Numbered from the stretch's first letter, positions 1 through 13,609 are shown. The stretch: DNA of 64,000 nucleotides from Podarcis muralis (GCF_964188315.1 NC_135660.1:66588001-66652000), one strand, 5' to 3'. Numbers and translations: made by a program. The notes: generated by a model not told the origin, from the letters alone.

Positions 1-377
1 GAAACTCTTTCATAAAGTATTCATGCAGAACTTATTGCTATATTATTTGACCAAATCTTCCAGCTTTAATTATGATTCACACTTTCCATTTAAATACTTG
101 TTTCTTGTACTAAGAAACTTTTAGAAAAGTTGCTAACTCGAGATTGCTTCAGGTTTCAGAAGCTGAGTGTAAATTGGTACAGAAGAATGCATGAAACACA
201 TAAGTGTTTCCTTTAAAATGAAGGATAGGAAACAGAATATTTCGTGCGCGCACGCACGCACGCACTCACTCACTCACTCACTCACTCACTCACTTTGGTC
301 ATATATACTGTGCAGTATTTTCCTCAGAGAAAAACACAATATTACATTTTTTAAAAAGTAAGCACATCCTTTATGAG

Positions 378-624
378 CAGCGGAGGCTGGTCCATTAGTA
401 TGGATGGGACACTGCCCCACCAACTACAGCTCTCGGCCACACCCCATCCACCTTCTTAATTACAACCGGACAAGAGGATGAAGCTGTCAGCCTCTTTAGT
501 CTCAGCATTAGCCTTATAGAACTCAGCAGGGAAGAGGATGAGGGCAAGGGGGCTCTGGCTCCACCTACTGTTGGCCTCCCTGCCTTCCAGCCTACCAACC
601 CCAATGGGCAGCAGTCACCACTGC
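378..624. mobile_element. Probable degraded hAT-like MITE
   Basis: Imperfect TIRs cagcggaggctgg / gcagcagtcaccactg; only a partial TSD match. Confidence 0.4.
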
Positions 625-1201
625 TTATGTATACAGCTACATAGGCTTTTATTAGCCATATGCTACTACAACTCCATGGAAGAGAGGCATTCTGTGTCAC
701 CCTGATGGTGGTAGTAGTGATGGTCTTACCAAACTGTGTTGAATCTTCAGAAAGACTGACATGTGGAGGAGGCTGGGCAGGGATGAAATGTTTGGCAGTG
801 CAGAAACCACCCTACATCCTACAACCAGCAAGCCATCCAGAGAGCTGTTGGCGATGCGCCAGGACAGCAGTATTCAGTCATTACATTTTCAAACAACACA
901 CGGCATATCGTTAGCACACAGTAAGAGCCAAATAAGTAAGAGTCCTAGATATTCTTAGAATATCGTAGAATTAAGTTGTAGTGACTTGAGGCTCTCTTTG
1001 TACTACTATATCTGAAATTGCTAGGCAAATTTAGCACATGAAGGAATTAACTAACAATGTAAAAAAAGTGGCAGATTAAGTCTTAAGGTAATGTGTGCAG
1101 CATTAGTGGTGGGGGAGGTGGGGAGGGGGAGAGCAAGATGACCTTTTTGCTCAAATATCCAGATGCACAAAGAAATAATAAAAAAGGTGAAAGTAACTTG
1201 C

Positions 1202-1342
1202 TTTTGGATGGCACAGGTAAATTGGAGCGGACCACTTGTAGTGAGTCTGCTTGCACGCGAAGTAAATAGCTTTTCACGGTTTCATAATCCAGTGGGTTTT
1301 TGACAGAGATGACACCTGTTCTGTTATTAATAGCAAACACAT
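1202..1342 (-). CDS. PCDH15: PCDH15 exon (about 25), 141 bp: (D)[46 protein letters not shown](S)
   Basis: ccag|ATGTGT acceptor; homology ends at AAAA|gcaagt (GC donor), which gives the expected 141 bp and phase 1. Confidence 0.92.
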
Positions 1343-1454
1343 CTGGAATGCAGCAAAGAAAAGAAAAATTAGTGACATTTGTTCCCTCCCCTCTCCCTTA
1401 AAAGTACTTTTTATTCATGTATCGTACTAGACCACCTGGGACAGTATTACTTAC

Positions 1455-1564
1455 CGTCTTCATTTCCTGAAACAATGGAATAGATAATCGTCTGATTCAA
1501 AGCAGCAGCAGTTACAACAACAACGTGAGTTCCTTTGGGTGCACCTTCACTCACAGGAGGGGGC
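1455..1564 (-). CDS. PCDH15: PCDH15 exon (about 24), 110 bp: (R)[36 protein letters not shown](D)
   Basis: cag|GCCCCC acceptor, ACG|gtaagt donor; followed by a 112-bp intron. Confidence 0.95.
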
Positions 1565-2835
1565 CTGCAAAATTGGGCAAAACAGATTGCTCTTTCTTAT
1601 TGTCACGTTCTCAGTGCTCTACTGAAATAATATATACAAGATTTTTCTCCTTGTCTGGGAGACAAGAAGAAACTGGAAGCTACGTATGACTAGGATCATG
1701 TAATTCCAGCGGTTGCCTGACATGAAATAAAGCATACAGAATAAAGCAACAACAATGGCTTGAATCAAACATTAGAACAGTGGCATGATTGCTGCCTAAA
1801 TTTGCTGCTACAAGTGAATATGTAAACATTTTAATCCCTTTCCCACATGGGTCTGCCTGATTGCTTGTGGAAGGAATTCCAATATTCTCACAGCCATATA
1901 AGATCCCCCCCCCCCCAGCCTTATTGCAGAAAATGTTGGTGGGCAATCTATGCCATTGATTAAATGCTTTAAGCACATCTATGATTACTCCTGTCCTCTG
2001 CACAAAAGATTTCTGCACAAAAGAGGCTGGATAAACTTGCCGAAAGAAGTAAGCTCAGGACTAAGGCTGAGCTAGAAAGAATAATGTAGTTGCTAGTTAT
2101 TGTCTTTGCAAAAGGTCCATGCAATGGAGACGCACGCCCTAAGAAGCTTCTCTCTAAAATGTCTCTGCTGTCAAGCAGCAGTCACAAATAAATGTGCTTG
2201 GCAATAAAATGCTGTTCCCTGCACCTTTGAACATGAAGCCATTATTCAGTTAGATCAGTTTGAAAGGAAAAGAAAATGCTGAAATCAATTTCTCCACCAT
2301 TTTGCAGGACATCATAGGCCTAAGGGCTATATGAATCTTTTCAAATCAGGTCAAATATGAGCCCTGATCATTCTGTAAATGTCCATGGCAAGCATGGATG
2401 GATTATCCCATTGCTCTTGTTCGATGCATCTTAGAACCGATTTTCATTTTACTTTTTATACTCAGACAGTACATCTGATGACAATATGTATGCATATCCA
2501 GAATGTAGGGTGTGTGCATGCAAATATAAAATTAGAAACAATTATGGGAAAGACTGGATTTTTAAAAATAGAAACACACCTAATTCTGCATGTATGTGTC
2601 TATGCAGGCTATATACAGGGAAACCCACATCTTCTGTATTTAGTTATCTATTCATACCAAAATACAAAATATAAAGAGAGAATTGGCTCTAAGATAACTC
2701 CAGTACTCTAACTCAGCTTCAGTATGTTGGGATGAAATTTCACCGTACGCTGATATACTTGCACGGGAAGGCTAGATAGAGAGGAACCTTCCTAGACTTT
2801 CTTTCTAGACTTAACCTATTGATCTTCCCTTAGAC

Positions 2836-3313
2836 CAGGGGTCTGCAACCTTTAAGACAAAAAGAGCCACTTGGACCCGTTTCCGAAGGGGAAAAAACTG
2901 GGAGCCGCAATACTCGTCATTATAAAAATAACTTTTTTGTCACTTTTTTATTATTTCTTTGTTTGACCCCTCAGAATTACTCCTCCTCATAGAAATAAAC
3001 GTTAAATTAACAAGTTACCTTTTTGTGTGTGTGTGTTCTTCACTCCCCTTCAAAACAGTGACCAGCGTGCATGCCCCCTTTCAATGCAGTGACCAGCGTA
3101 CATGCCCCTTACAATGTAGCGGGCGAGAAAGTGACGTCGGGACGGTGCGTGACTAACGCACGCACCGCCACCATGCGACGTCACAGCCACTACAGCACTC
3201 GCCACAGTGGGGAGTGTCGGGGTGCACAATGCGCCTCCTCCTCCACCCTGGAGCCGCGGCAAAGGTGTAAAAGAGCCACATGCGGCTCCGGAGCTGCAGG
3301 TTGCAGACCCCTG
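2836..3313. mobile_element. hAT MITE (478 bp)
   Basis: 16-bp TIRs caggggtctgcaacct / aggttgcagacccctg; perfect 8-bp TSD ccttagac. Confidence 0.93.
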
Positions 3314-3889
3314 CCTTAGACCAATACTCTCAGAGTTGTTGGCCTCATTTCCTTCTTCAGCCTTTCCTTGGGAGAGGAGACAACTTTGTGTGTGTCTCTT
3401 GCTGAGATGAAAGAGCATGCATGGCTCTTCACATCTCCACCTTAGTTAGAACTAGGATCTTTGCTTTCAAGTATGTACTTCCTGCAATAAACACAGCCTT
3501 TTATTTTCTTAAGAGCAGAGCCTCCTTGTGATTATATCCAGGATAAAGTGTGCTCCTCCAACAGGGATACAGGGATCCATTCTGCTTCCGTAAGCATGTT
3601 AACACCAACTCAGTCATCCTTCCTCTGAATATTGGGCTTCTGCTGGTGTGTTTGCACCTTGCTAGCCTCTGCCTAATCCCCCTTTACCTCCTGGTAAGCA
3701 GGAGCCATGCAAAACAAACAGAGGTCAAGTGAGTACCCTGCATTGTAACCTTTTTCATAGGGTATTTGCTCTATCCCCATTGATTGACTGGGTTGCCCTT
3801 TTCTATCTTTTGTATCCTTGCTTGCCATGCACACAATTAATGTGTGAAAAGAGCTACAGCCTTTGCTAGTAGTGCACCTAAAAAAGGTA

Positions 3890-4244
3890 CCGTATTTTTC
3901 GCTCCATAAAATGCACCCGACCATAAGACGCATCTAGTTTTAGAGGAGGAGAACAAGAAAAAAAAAATTCTCTCCCTCTCTGCGCAGCGCCTCTCCACGG
4001 CTTCAGGGATAGCTGTGCCAAGCCTCTTCAGGGGAAGGGGAGCGTTCTTCCCATTGCCCTGAAGAGGCTTTGTGCGGCTATCCCTGAAGCCAGGAGAGCA
4101 AGAGGGATCGGTGCGCACCGATCCCTCTTGCTTGCCTGGCTTCAGGGATAGCTTCGCAGCCTGCATTCGCTCCATAAGACGCACACACATTTCCCCTTAC
4201 TTTTTAGGAGGCGAGAAGTGCGTCTTATAGAGCGAAAAATACAG
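3890..4244. mobile_element. Tc1-mariner/pogo-type MITE
   Basis: TIRs ccgtatttttcgctccataa / ttatagagcgaaaaatacag; TA TSD. Confidence 0.88.
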
Positions 4245-5599
4245 TATTTAAAAAGTGAAATTTTCACATTTGAATTCCAAGTTGGAGTGACATGCTTTTC
4301 ATTAAAGAACAGCAGAAATGTTTGCTACTTAATGCTTAGTAAGATATTTGGAAATGCAGAGCCACAGAATTATTTTGTGACTGATTTTCCCATATAGAAG
4401 GATTTGGGCTGCAGTTGGGTGCAGACTGAAATCTGATAGCAGACACTATAGTGAAGTTATGGATGACAGGATAAGAATCATAAATTTAATTGTAATCCAA
4501 CAGATTGAACTGGTTTTCAATTAAACTTTTCTCATTTATCTGGCATCTGCATTGGTCTGCATGACACCAAAATTCAAGTAATGATAACAATACGTTATTG
4601 ATGTAACTGGTGAGCAAGGTATGTTTGACAAACTCAAATACAGTACAAACAATTTTCTACCTTGTTATTTTCAGGACCTACAGGCTAGATTCCTTCCATG
4701 TCCACTTTTCTAAGATGAAGTCTTTAAAAATTCAAAATGGATTTTTGGGGGAGTGCGTGTAAAAACCCTTCTTTTGATCCTAACCTGTTTTTAGCACTTT
4801 CTTTTTTTAGTAACATCTCTGTAACTCCTGTTCTGACATTGCTGAATTCTATGGATTGAGAAATCAATATCAATTAGGAAGGTGCTTTTGCATTCAATAT
4901 GGAGAATTTGAAGGAAGTGAATAGAGAAACACCAAAATTCATGTTCTTTGTAACCTTATAGTAATTGTGCCTTATCGATTTAACTTCCTTGAGTTAACTA
5001 ATGCAATCAGGTTCAAAGAACAATACATCACTTCAATGAAAACATACTGCTAGTCCCTTAAGAAACTTCTGTCGAAACATATGGAACTGAATGGGTAAAA
5101 AGGATAAAAGCTAATACGTGGCTGTGTTTGTCCTGTGTATTTTACCTCAAGTGCTTTTCCTGTTTCTGTAAAGGTCAATTATTAAGCCAGAATCTTGCAT
5201 TAATTGCACAGAGGGGCTCCATTTCTACAAAGGGACAGTGGGCCTGTGCAGGTGGCCCTGCTCCTAAGGTTGCCCTGCTCCTCAGCATCGCCGAGGGGAG
5301 GGGTTGTGAGTGGGTCTCGCTTCCTGCCAGCCAATGCGTCTGGCTAGGGGGCGTGGTTTGCTGCTCTTAAGCAAACACAGGACCATGGCTCAGCCTGTTT
5401 GTTTCCTGCACACATGGACCTCCCTCCCTCCCTCCCTCCCTCCCTCCCTCCCTCTATTCTCATGCATTCAACACCTGACCTTGCTATGGACCTCGGTTGG
5501 TCACCTGTTGAAGGGGCCTGGTAGAATTTTTTTCCACTTGGCAGATTGGCACCAGCCACTTGGTTTTTTTGCCTACCTCATAGCAAATCGCCACAACTT

Positions 5600-6007
5600 T
5601 GTAAGGTTTGGTGGTTAGGCATTGGAAAATGCATTGTGAGGGGAGGTTGTGGCCATCACCTACCCATCCCCTTGAAGGGTGTTCCATTAAAGGAATCCGG
5701 TGGTCATGGTTCCTGTCCGAAACCCAGGTGGTGGCTAGGGCCATGGCACGACCCTCCAGTGACTCTAGGGGAGTTTCCAGTTGATTTCCACCAATATGTT
5801 CCCCCTACAGATTGTTAACCCTTGTATGACTTCCTGCAGGGTGGGCAGGAGTCAAGTATAGTCTGTTCAGATCCAGTGTCTAGGCCCTAAGCCAATACTA
5901 CTCACATTCTGTAACCAATAAAGTTGTGGCCATTTTTAGCCCATTAACCTAAAATACTGGTGTCCATGTGTCTTATCAGAAAGTGGGGGACGGGGCCTCG
6001 ACTCACA
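5600..6007 (+). mobile_element. Probable solo LTR (408 bp)
   Basis: TG...CA ends; aataaa at about 5918; flanks aactt / aacat (4 of 5 match). Confidence 0.5.
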
Positions 6008-6189
6008 AACATGTCTTGGCCTTCTTAAGAATATATTTGCTTTTTTATAAAAAAAGTGGTAGTAGTAATCTGTCTCCTTCAGTCATATTCCCATTCCAAC
6101 CCCCCTAAGTATGAAGAATGTGTACATTATAACACACTGTCATGTCTCATGCTCAACATATGCCAACAGAGGCTCTTATGTGTAACAGA

Positions 6190-6345
6190 AGATCTTTATC
6201 CAGGCATATATAGGCTTGGCAACGGCCACAGTTCAGGAGTCACAATTCAGAAATTCAGGCATCAACCAATATGTTCAGAACTGGATGGAAACAACAAAGT
6301 TGTCCCAACAGCTTCCACGCCCTGCCCATCAAGCTCTTAAATAAC
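6190..6345 (+). mobile_element. Degraded LINE 3' end (Rex/Babar-like)
   Basis: Resembles the recalled Rex1/Babar 3' motif (aacagcttc...gccatcag...); boundaries approximate. Confidence 0.3.
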
Positions 6346-6412
6346 AGACTCTGCTGGAATGTCAGGAGTGCAAATGTGTACTCCTTTGAGATGGGTGCTA
6401 TTTGAAGCTGGA

Positions 6413-6485
6413 TGTTGCATTTGGCACAGGTATGGAGACAGGATATGTGTTGCATTTGGCACAGGTATGGAGACAGGATATGTGT
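6413..6485. repeat. Perfect 35-bp tandem duplication
   Basis: tgttgcatttggcacaggtatggagacaggatatg x2. Confidence 0.95.
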
Positions 6486-7402
6486 AACTTCAAGCATTTC
6501 CCACATATCAGATGATTGTAAATTGGGGACCCACAAGCACAGAGGAGGAACAGACTTCTCTCCTGCGGTCTGGGGCTTTGGATATTCCCTTCCTAGTGTG
6601 GTAAAGAGTCACACTGCAGTGACTTCCATTCATGAATCTAAGAAGAATAGTGGTCCTAATGTTCACTCTCTGTTCCATTGAGCACCAGAGAATAAAATCA
6701 TTCTGTTTTAGAGCTCTGTAAAGTTTAGCTGACATATTTTAATTTATAGCATTTCACCTTTGCATGCCTTTGTGCTTGTGTGTGCTGTACCACGTCAGTA
6801 AAACATCTGCAATAGGCTGAGCTGCCAACATTCACTGCTTCCAGAAGGCCAATTTAAATTGTTTCTTTTTCTTCTGTGCAATATTATTTGCAAGGTATGT
6901 TCAGTGGGATTGTGTGTCTTTTCCTATGCCCCCTCCTTACATTTGTCATATTGGTTCATGAAGTTTTGACCTTTTCGGTGATATTTACCTCAAAAAAAAA
7001 GATGACAAGGGAGTTTAGGTATTATTACAATGAACCACTGACATGGCCTATTATCCTTAAAGATAAATGTCAAACTTCATTCTGATGGACTTAATGTCAT
7101 CAGGTGCAATGCATCCTTGTGTAGTCCTTGCAAGGATTCAAAATGAAAGCTAGAAGTCAATATTTTTGTCAGAAATTCTTCAGAATCAAAAGAATAGGGG
7201 TTCAAACTGCACTCTTTAAATAGCTCTTTAACAATCAAGTATTACAGCATAGTTGCCAAGATGAATTAGATATGGAAAGGTTATTCTGTACGCCGAAAGA
7301 CAGTGAAAAGGTGGGATGTGCTGCTAAATAAATAAATAAGAAAAGAAAGAAAGAAAAATGAAGGTGTAAGAATTCTTAAATTTTTATGATAAATTTATAC
7401 TA

Positions 7403-7678
7403 CAGTGGACGCTCGGGTTGCAAACGTGATCCGTGTGGGATGCACGTTCGCAACCTGCAGCGTTCGCAACCCGCAGCGTTCGCAACCCGCATCTGTGTGT
7501 CTGCGCACGCACGTGTTGCGATCTGGCGTTTCTGAGCATGCACAAAGGGCGATTTAGCGCTTCTGCGCATGCGCAACCGCTGAAATCTGGAAGTAACCCG
7601 TTCCGGTACTTCTGGATTGTGGCGGTCCGTAACCCGAAAAAACGCAACCTGAAGCGGCTGTAACCCGAGGTATGACTG
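7403..7678. mobile_element. Tigger-type MITE
   Basis: TA-cagtggacgctcgggtt...aacccgaggtatgactg-TA; internal gttcgcaacc repeats. Confidence 0.85.
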
Positions 7679-9614
7679 TATTTGTTAAAAATGATTTTGC
7701 TGGGGGATGTTTGCCATTAAGAATTTATTCAGCAGCCCCTTCCTTTCTTTTGATAATAGTAAGAGCTGAAAAAACTTTTTTTAAACTTTTTTGTGAAGGT
7801 CAGAAGAAAGTCTTCCTTTACTGTAGCAGTTGATGCAGAATCTTGCTATGATTACATGCCTCATGTCTTCTGTATTAAACTCCCTTAGGGAGGTGTCCTG
7901 AGATTCAGTTATTTGACTTTGAAAGAAGGAGGAGAAAAGAAGTATTATTGTACAGAATCCTCTAAGGAAGAATACTTTGATTTGTTGTGCCTTTTTGAGC
8001 ATTCTAAAGAGAAAGTCCTGCTAGTGAAAATGCTTTGGTTTGTGAGAGCAAAAGATGTTCTTGGGATCATTATACTAAAGTGGGGCCCACACAGAAAATG
8101 AACAGGAAAGAGATGGAATGGCTGGAAAGATATTGGCTTGGTTCTCACACAATGCTAAGCCATGGTTTGTTGAACTATGAGTTGACCATTAGTTGTGTCA
8201 CAGATAAATCAAGCAAACCATGGTTTGTTTCTCAAAACTTTGGTTTGTTTCCCCGCTGTGTCTGTGGTGGGATGGCCATACAAATGATGATTAAGTAAGG
8301 GTGCTGGGTTCAAACGTAACACAATCCACAGTTAAACAAGGATCATGGTTTCTTGGTAATAAATAAGAAAGCATAGTTAAGCTGTTGAGTTAATAGATAA
8401 CATTAGTGTTTAATGCAAAACTAGCTTTTCTTGAACCACCGTGGTGCTTATCCAGAGGAAACCTTAACCAGCAAGAGAAAAATACACGAGCTCTCTTAGG
8501 ATGCTGACATCAAGGCTACCTTTATACATAGGCAATACAAGGGTCTAGTATTTACAAAGCCATCTTCTTTAGAAAGCATGGATTGCTGTCTGGCTGCTAC
8601 AGAAAAATAGTTCCCAGCCATTACTTTTCATATTTTTGGCCACCATGTAAAGTCAAGCTGACAATGTTTACTGCATTTTTTTAGCTGTGGTGTGAACACA
8701 GCTTCATAGTTTATACCACAGATGTACATGCAGGCAAGATGAATGGTGAAATAACAATTTGCTTCCCATGCTGAGGAAGTCAATCTTGTCCACTCTCTTG
8801 TGTGCCAAGTAGGTTGATTAACTTTAAAATATTGCTTAAATAGGCACATTCACGTTTCTGTGTATAAACACTCACACTTCACATTGCAGAAGGAAATTTA
8901 GTAAGATTTCAAACTGTTTACAAAACTACACAGACAGAACTGACAGCAGAACACACACACACACTTTAAGGATAGTAAAAGCAAAGTGCTTCTCTCCTTT
9001 TGAAAGGTTAACATCTGTCTTCACTCAAACTGTCTCCTTAACTGTTATGTACAACTAATTTCTCAGTCACAGTTTTATCTTACCCTATATGGCACATGCC
9101 TGGAAATAGGAACAGAGCAGAGAGGAGAACATTCTGGTCAGTCAAGATCATTCTTGTGAATTAGAAATCTGTGCACTGGATCATGCTTATAGAAAGAAAG
9201 GTCATGTTGCAACAACATCAACTGAACACTGTGACCTTTGGTATTTCACTTTTTCTGCAAGAAATAAAGCCCTTAACAGAAAGTTAGTGTTCCTTAACAA
9301 CAGACCAATTTCCCAAAATGGAGCCTAGGGTTTACTTTGCTGTTTCAATGCATTTGAAAGATGTGACTATTTTCCTTTACTTGACATAAAATGCTTGAAC
9401 ACCTGTTAAATGTGCCCACAGGCAATACTTAATAGCTATTGATTGCACTCTTTAGCTAGCAATTTATTGCCTACAATTGCAGTCCATGGCTATTAACTAT
9501 GACTTTCTAGTTGTGTAAGAGGACAAGATATGCATTAATTAACAAAAATCCAAGGTACCTTTGATCTTTTACTTTTTTAAAAAGGGTAATTAATCACAAG
9601 AGGATGCCATTTCT

Positions 9615-9616
<2 letters not shown>

Positions 9617-9651
<35 letters not shown>
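9617..9651. repeat. (CA)n microsatellite
   Basis: Direct reading. Confidence 0.95.
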
Positions 9652-9652
<1 letters not shown>

Positions 9653-10477
9653 CCAGATATTAATTTAACTATTTCTGCTTTAGGTTTAATTTCACATCTG
9701 GCCTTTGCACATTTTATAATGCTAGAAAGAGTTAGAAGGACTTCTGCGTTCCTTTCCCCCAGAAAGATTCCTTTTTCTTAACTTCAAATTAATTTTGCAC
9801 ATGTACAGATTACAGTCACAGCGATGCTAAAAACATGCCACTGTCAAATTCTGAATGAATCCATAAGCAGCAGAGCACATCATTTAATGAACTCATCTTT
9901 TTTGTTAAAGCACCCAATTATCCAAATGCTGTACATAGCCTGCTGATGTATCCATGCCTACCAGTTCCTGTGTAAATTGTGTAACTTATTTGCCTGTGAT
10001 TCACATAGCTAGAATCACAGGCAAATAAGTGTCCAATGCCATACAAGCCATGCAGGTATATGAAAAATGGATCGATGGAAAAGCAGCACAATAGGGATCT
10101 TTCTTATAATTCCCTGCAACCTAGCATAACAACTCTACTCCTCACATGCTTTAGCTTCAATCAACAAATTATTTTATTTCTCTGCTTGCTCTGACACATC
10201 CTATTAACTATCCCAGAATTCTGTCCCTATTGCATTGCATAATTGTTCTGGTTTTGCTTTGTTCTAGATGTTTTGAGCATAACATACATGGCAAAGTGGT
10301 ATATAAATGAAGTGGCTATGAAAATAATGCCATTACATTTTTGAATGGTTTCATGGTAAATAAGAGAACAATGCAATCACTTCAGTTTAGCAGCTCTAGT
10401 TTTGTGGTAAGAGATCTGAGGTGGACCTGGAGTCTCAACATAAGCAGACGTTGGACCTTTGAAGTCATGGAATGTCT

Positions 10478-10630
10478 GGATAGCTCAGCTGGTTACAGCA
10501 TGGTGCTGATGACACCAAGTTTGCAGGTTCGATTGCCATATGGGAGAGCTACATATTCCTGCATTGCAGGGGGTTGGACAAGATGATCCTCTAGGTCCCT
10601 CCCAACTCTACAATCCTATGATTCTGTGAT
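10478..10630 (+). mobile_element. tRNA-derived SINE with a CR1-like tail
   Basis: A-box tagctcagctgg, B-box ggttcgattg, 3' end ...ttccaactcta...ctatgattctgtgat. Confidence 0.8.
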
Positions 10631-11000
10631 CCTTTCTATACATTAATGGGAGCCATAAAAGGGTACATAATCCAATTATAAGCCCTTCCTATCTGTGTAA
10701 CTGCCCATCAGTGAACTGAAGAATGAATGCAACCAATTAAATAAAACCAGCCAGATGAACGAGACACAGGTAGTTGTCCTTAACGTATAACATTTAACTA
10801 CACAAGACTGTGTCCAGCTAAGCCATAGGCAGAGTAGACCCAGTGGGTTTAAGTTAGTTAAATTCATTTGTTTCAATGGGTCTGCTATATGACTTAAGTT
10901 GGATACAATCCACAAGCCTGACAAGGAAATCACTGTTTATTTCTTGGTGCTAACTTTGCTTCCTGATTACATTATACTTTTCACAGCCTACATAATGACA

Positions 11001-11261
11001 GAGAGCCAGTGTGGTGTGGTGGTTAAGAGCGGTAGTCTCATAATCTGGGGAACCGGGTTCGCGCCTCCGCTCCTCCACATGCAGCTGCTGGGTGACCTTG
11101 GGCCAGTCACACTTCTTTGAAGTCTCTCAGCCCCACTCACCTCACAGAGTGTTTGTTGTGGGGGAGGAAGGGAAAGGAGAATGTTAGCCGCTTTGAGACT
11201 CCTGAAGGGGAGTGAAAGGCGGGATATCAAATCCAAACTCTTCTTCTTCTTCTTCTTCTTC
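11001..11261 (+). mobile_element. Squamate tRNA SINE (Squam3-like), full length, (TTC)n tail
   Basis: gccagtgtggtgtggtggttaagagc head, gggtgaccttgggccagtcac core, (ctt)n tail. Confidence 0.82.
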
Positions 11262-11324
11262 AAATAATAGTTTCTTTCTCCTCCCCTCACATTTCCCTTT
11301 AGTAATATTGATGATATTTTAAAT

Positions 11325-11508
11325 ATTTATTCCTTACATTTACATACCACCTTTATCTTCCAAGGATTTCAAGGTGATATGCATGGTTCTCCTCCTTGTC
11401 ACAGCAACCCTGGGGTTAGGCTAAGAGATGGTGCCTGGCCCAAGGTCACCCAGTGAGCTCCATCCTCTCCCGGGTCATAGTCCAACACTCTAACCATTAT
11501 CCCACACG
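11325..11508 (-). mobile_element. Older MIR/Squam3-like SINE
   Basis: ggcccaaggtcacccag core and ctctaaccat head in reverse orientation. Confidence 0.65.
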
Positions 11509-11537
11509 TAATGGTAGAAATGGAACACATACTATAC

Positions 11538-11650
11538 CTGTATTCATCCTGGGTAAACCTTGGAATTACTGAGGGTTGCAATACTGAAATTTCTACAGTG
11601 GTGGTGTTGAACTTCACAGGATCCCCATCATCATAGGCAATGACCACGAG
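11538..11650 (-). CDS. PCDH15: PCDH15 exon (about 23), 113 bp: LVVIAYDDGDPVKFNTTTVEISVLQPSVIPRFTQDEY(R)
   Basis: tag|CTCGTG acceptor, CAG|gtatag donor; contains the EC9-EC10 linker. Confidence 0.95.
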
Positions 11651-11796
11651 CTATCAAGCACACAAACATAGTGAAGATCAATTCCAGTCTTACACACAAT
11701 CATATTACATGCCATTTGGCTTCTGGTAGAAGTAGACAGCTACAAGCTTTGCAGGTCTCCAGAAAACTCTTAATTCCTTCATCACGGACTAGCCAA

Positions 11797-12080
11797 TTTA
11801 TTATTATTTTTAATATTTTTATTGAGATTTTGTAATTGCAAATTCCAAATATCACATACCATTATCCCATCCTACCTTACCATTACATTTACAATCCTCT
11901 CCCTCCCCACCTGACTTCCCTTTAACTTCCCCTTCTGGTTTGTTACATTGTTTGTTGTATTCTACATGTACATATACTATTGAATGTTGTTACATTATCA
12001 TCCTCTATGTTTAAATTCAATAAAGTTGTGAAAGTTTATTCAAATCCTGCCAGTGAGTCCATTTCCTTTTGTTGTTTCTG
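11797..12080 (-). mobile_element. L1-like LINE 3' fragment with a TSD
   Basis: T-rich tail at the left end; flanking duplication ggactagccaa at 11786-11796 and 12084-12094. Confidence 0.7.
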
Positions 12081-13609
12081 CATGGACTAGCCAACTTTAG
12101 GTGTGACGATGATGTGCTCAGGTGACTGCATCACTGCAAAGCACTGTGAATTTCTTTTGCTGTCAGATTTGCAGCATTTGATTTTTTTTATGAACTTACT
12201 CACTTTTGTTTAAAGGCAAAAATAACATTGAAATAAAAAATGAGTAGCAAAACAAACAAACATAACCAAACTTTTTTTAAAAGCCTGTTTGGAACCCAAA
12301 GTGCAATTCTAACTCTTTAATCCTAAAGCTTAATCCTATAAATATTCTGAACCACAGTGAAATATTAAAGTATATTATGCAAAAAAGAAAAGAAAAAGTG
12401 GAAGGACTTTAATTAGGGGTGTGCTGCAGTCCCCTGGGAAGTTTCGCTAGTCTTACTGAAAAGATTTTCAATTCCCTAAAAGTTATTTGGATCTTTCACC
12501 ACAGGTGTTTGAACCTCAAAACAACTCTAGAAAGCTCAGGGAAATAAATAAATACTAGTTCATAAATTTCCAAACAGAGAATCCAGAAACCAACAGCTTT
12601 TGCTCCATTCCAGATGTGTGCTTTGTTGTTGCATATTATTCATTTATTTATTTATTCATTGAATTTGTATACTGCCCTTCATCCAAAGATCTCAGGGTGT
12701 TTCGTAGCATAAAATACAGAATAAAACCATGGTATATACAATATACATATATACACTATAGTTGATATAGGCTACCCAGTTCATTGTAATGGAGGCAGCA
12801 GATCTGCAGTCTTCATTGGCATGGAATGAGAAGCTCTTGTGGGCAAGGAAGCTCTGTGTAAAAAAGCTTATGCAAAATCTGTTGTAGTCTATTACATTTT
12901 TGAAGCAAAGCATTCAATTTTACATTCAGTACTTCCTGAGCACAATTATTTGAATCACTGCAGATAGCAAATACTAGGATAACAAGATAATGAGTGTAAA
13001 TTATACTGGCATTATTGTATCTCAAAACTTGGTTTCTAGTGTTTTTTACATAGATGCAAATGATGAAGAGATTTAACATTAGTATCATTCTGTCTTCTCA
13101 AAATTTTATTTTAGAACTAATGTGCAGTACAATCCTATGCCTATTTACTTCGTAGTAAGCATACAATCCTGTGGATATTTACTCCCTAGTAAGCATATTT
13201 AGGATTGGAACTTAAATTATTGAAAGGTACACGTCTGCAATCTTTGATGGTCCCAGAATAATTTAATGGATTATTCATGGCAACATTTTCCTGAAGCAAA
13301 GGTAACAAGATGCCTAAAACCCATTAAATACATTCCTTCTACTTATAAAAAGTGAAGCGACTTCACTTTCTGTCATAGTTTCACACACACATATAAGCAA
13401 ATAAGCTAGAAAACCATGGCAAGCAGATGGTGTTTTTCAAGAAGATAGATGAGTGGGTTAAAGTACACAGACTCATTGAGATACCTTTTTTGGGGTTGCT
13501 GGCATGTTTTTCAATTAAGAAAATATGTGATTAAAAAGGAACTGCTTTAACCCAACATATCAGAGAAGAATAATTAATTATCATAACTTGAACCAGTATT
13601 TCCTTCAGG

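Noticed and set aside
1-1190. Next PCDH15 exon (NTAKVYIEIQDEN...)
   Set aside because: Not found on the minus strand here; presumably beyond the left edge.
10478-10560. tRNA-like sequences (also 22741 and 28570)
   Set aside because: SINE heads: they run into LINE-derived tails and lack a complete cloverleaf.
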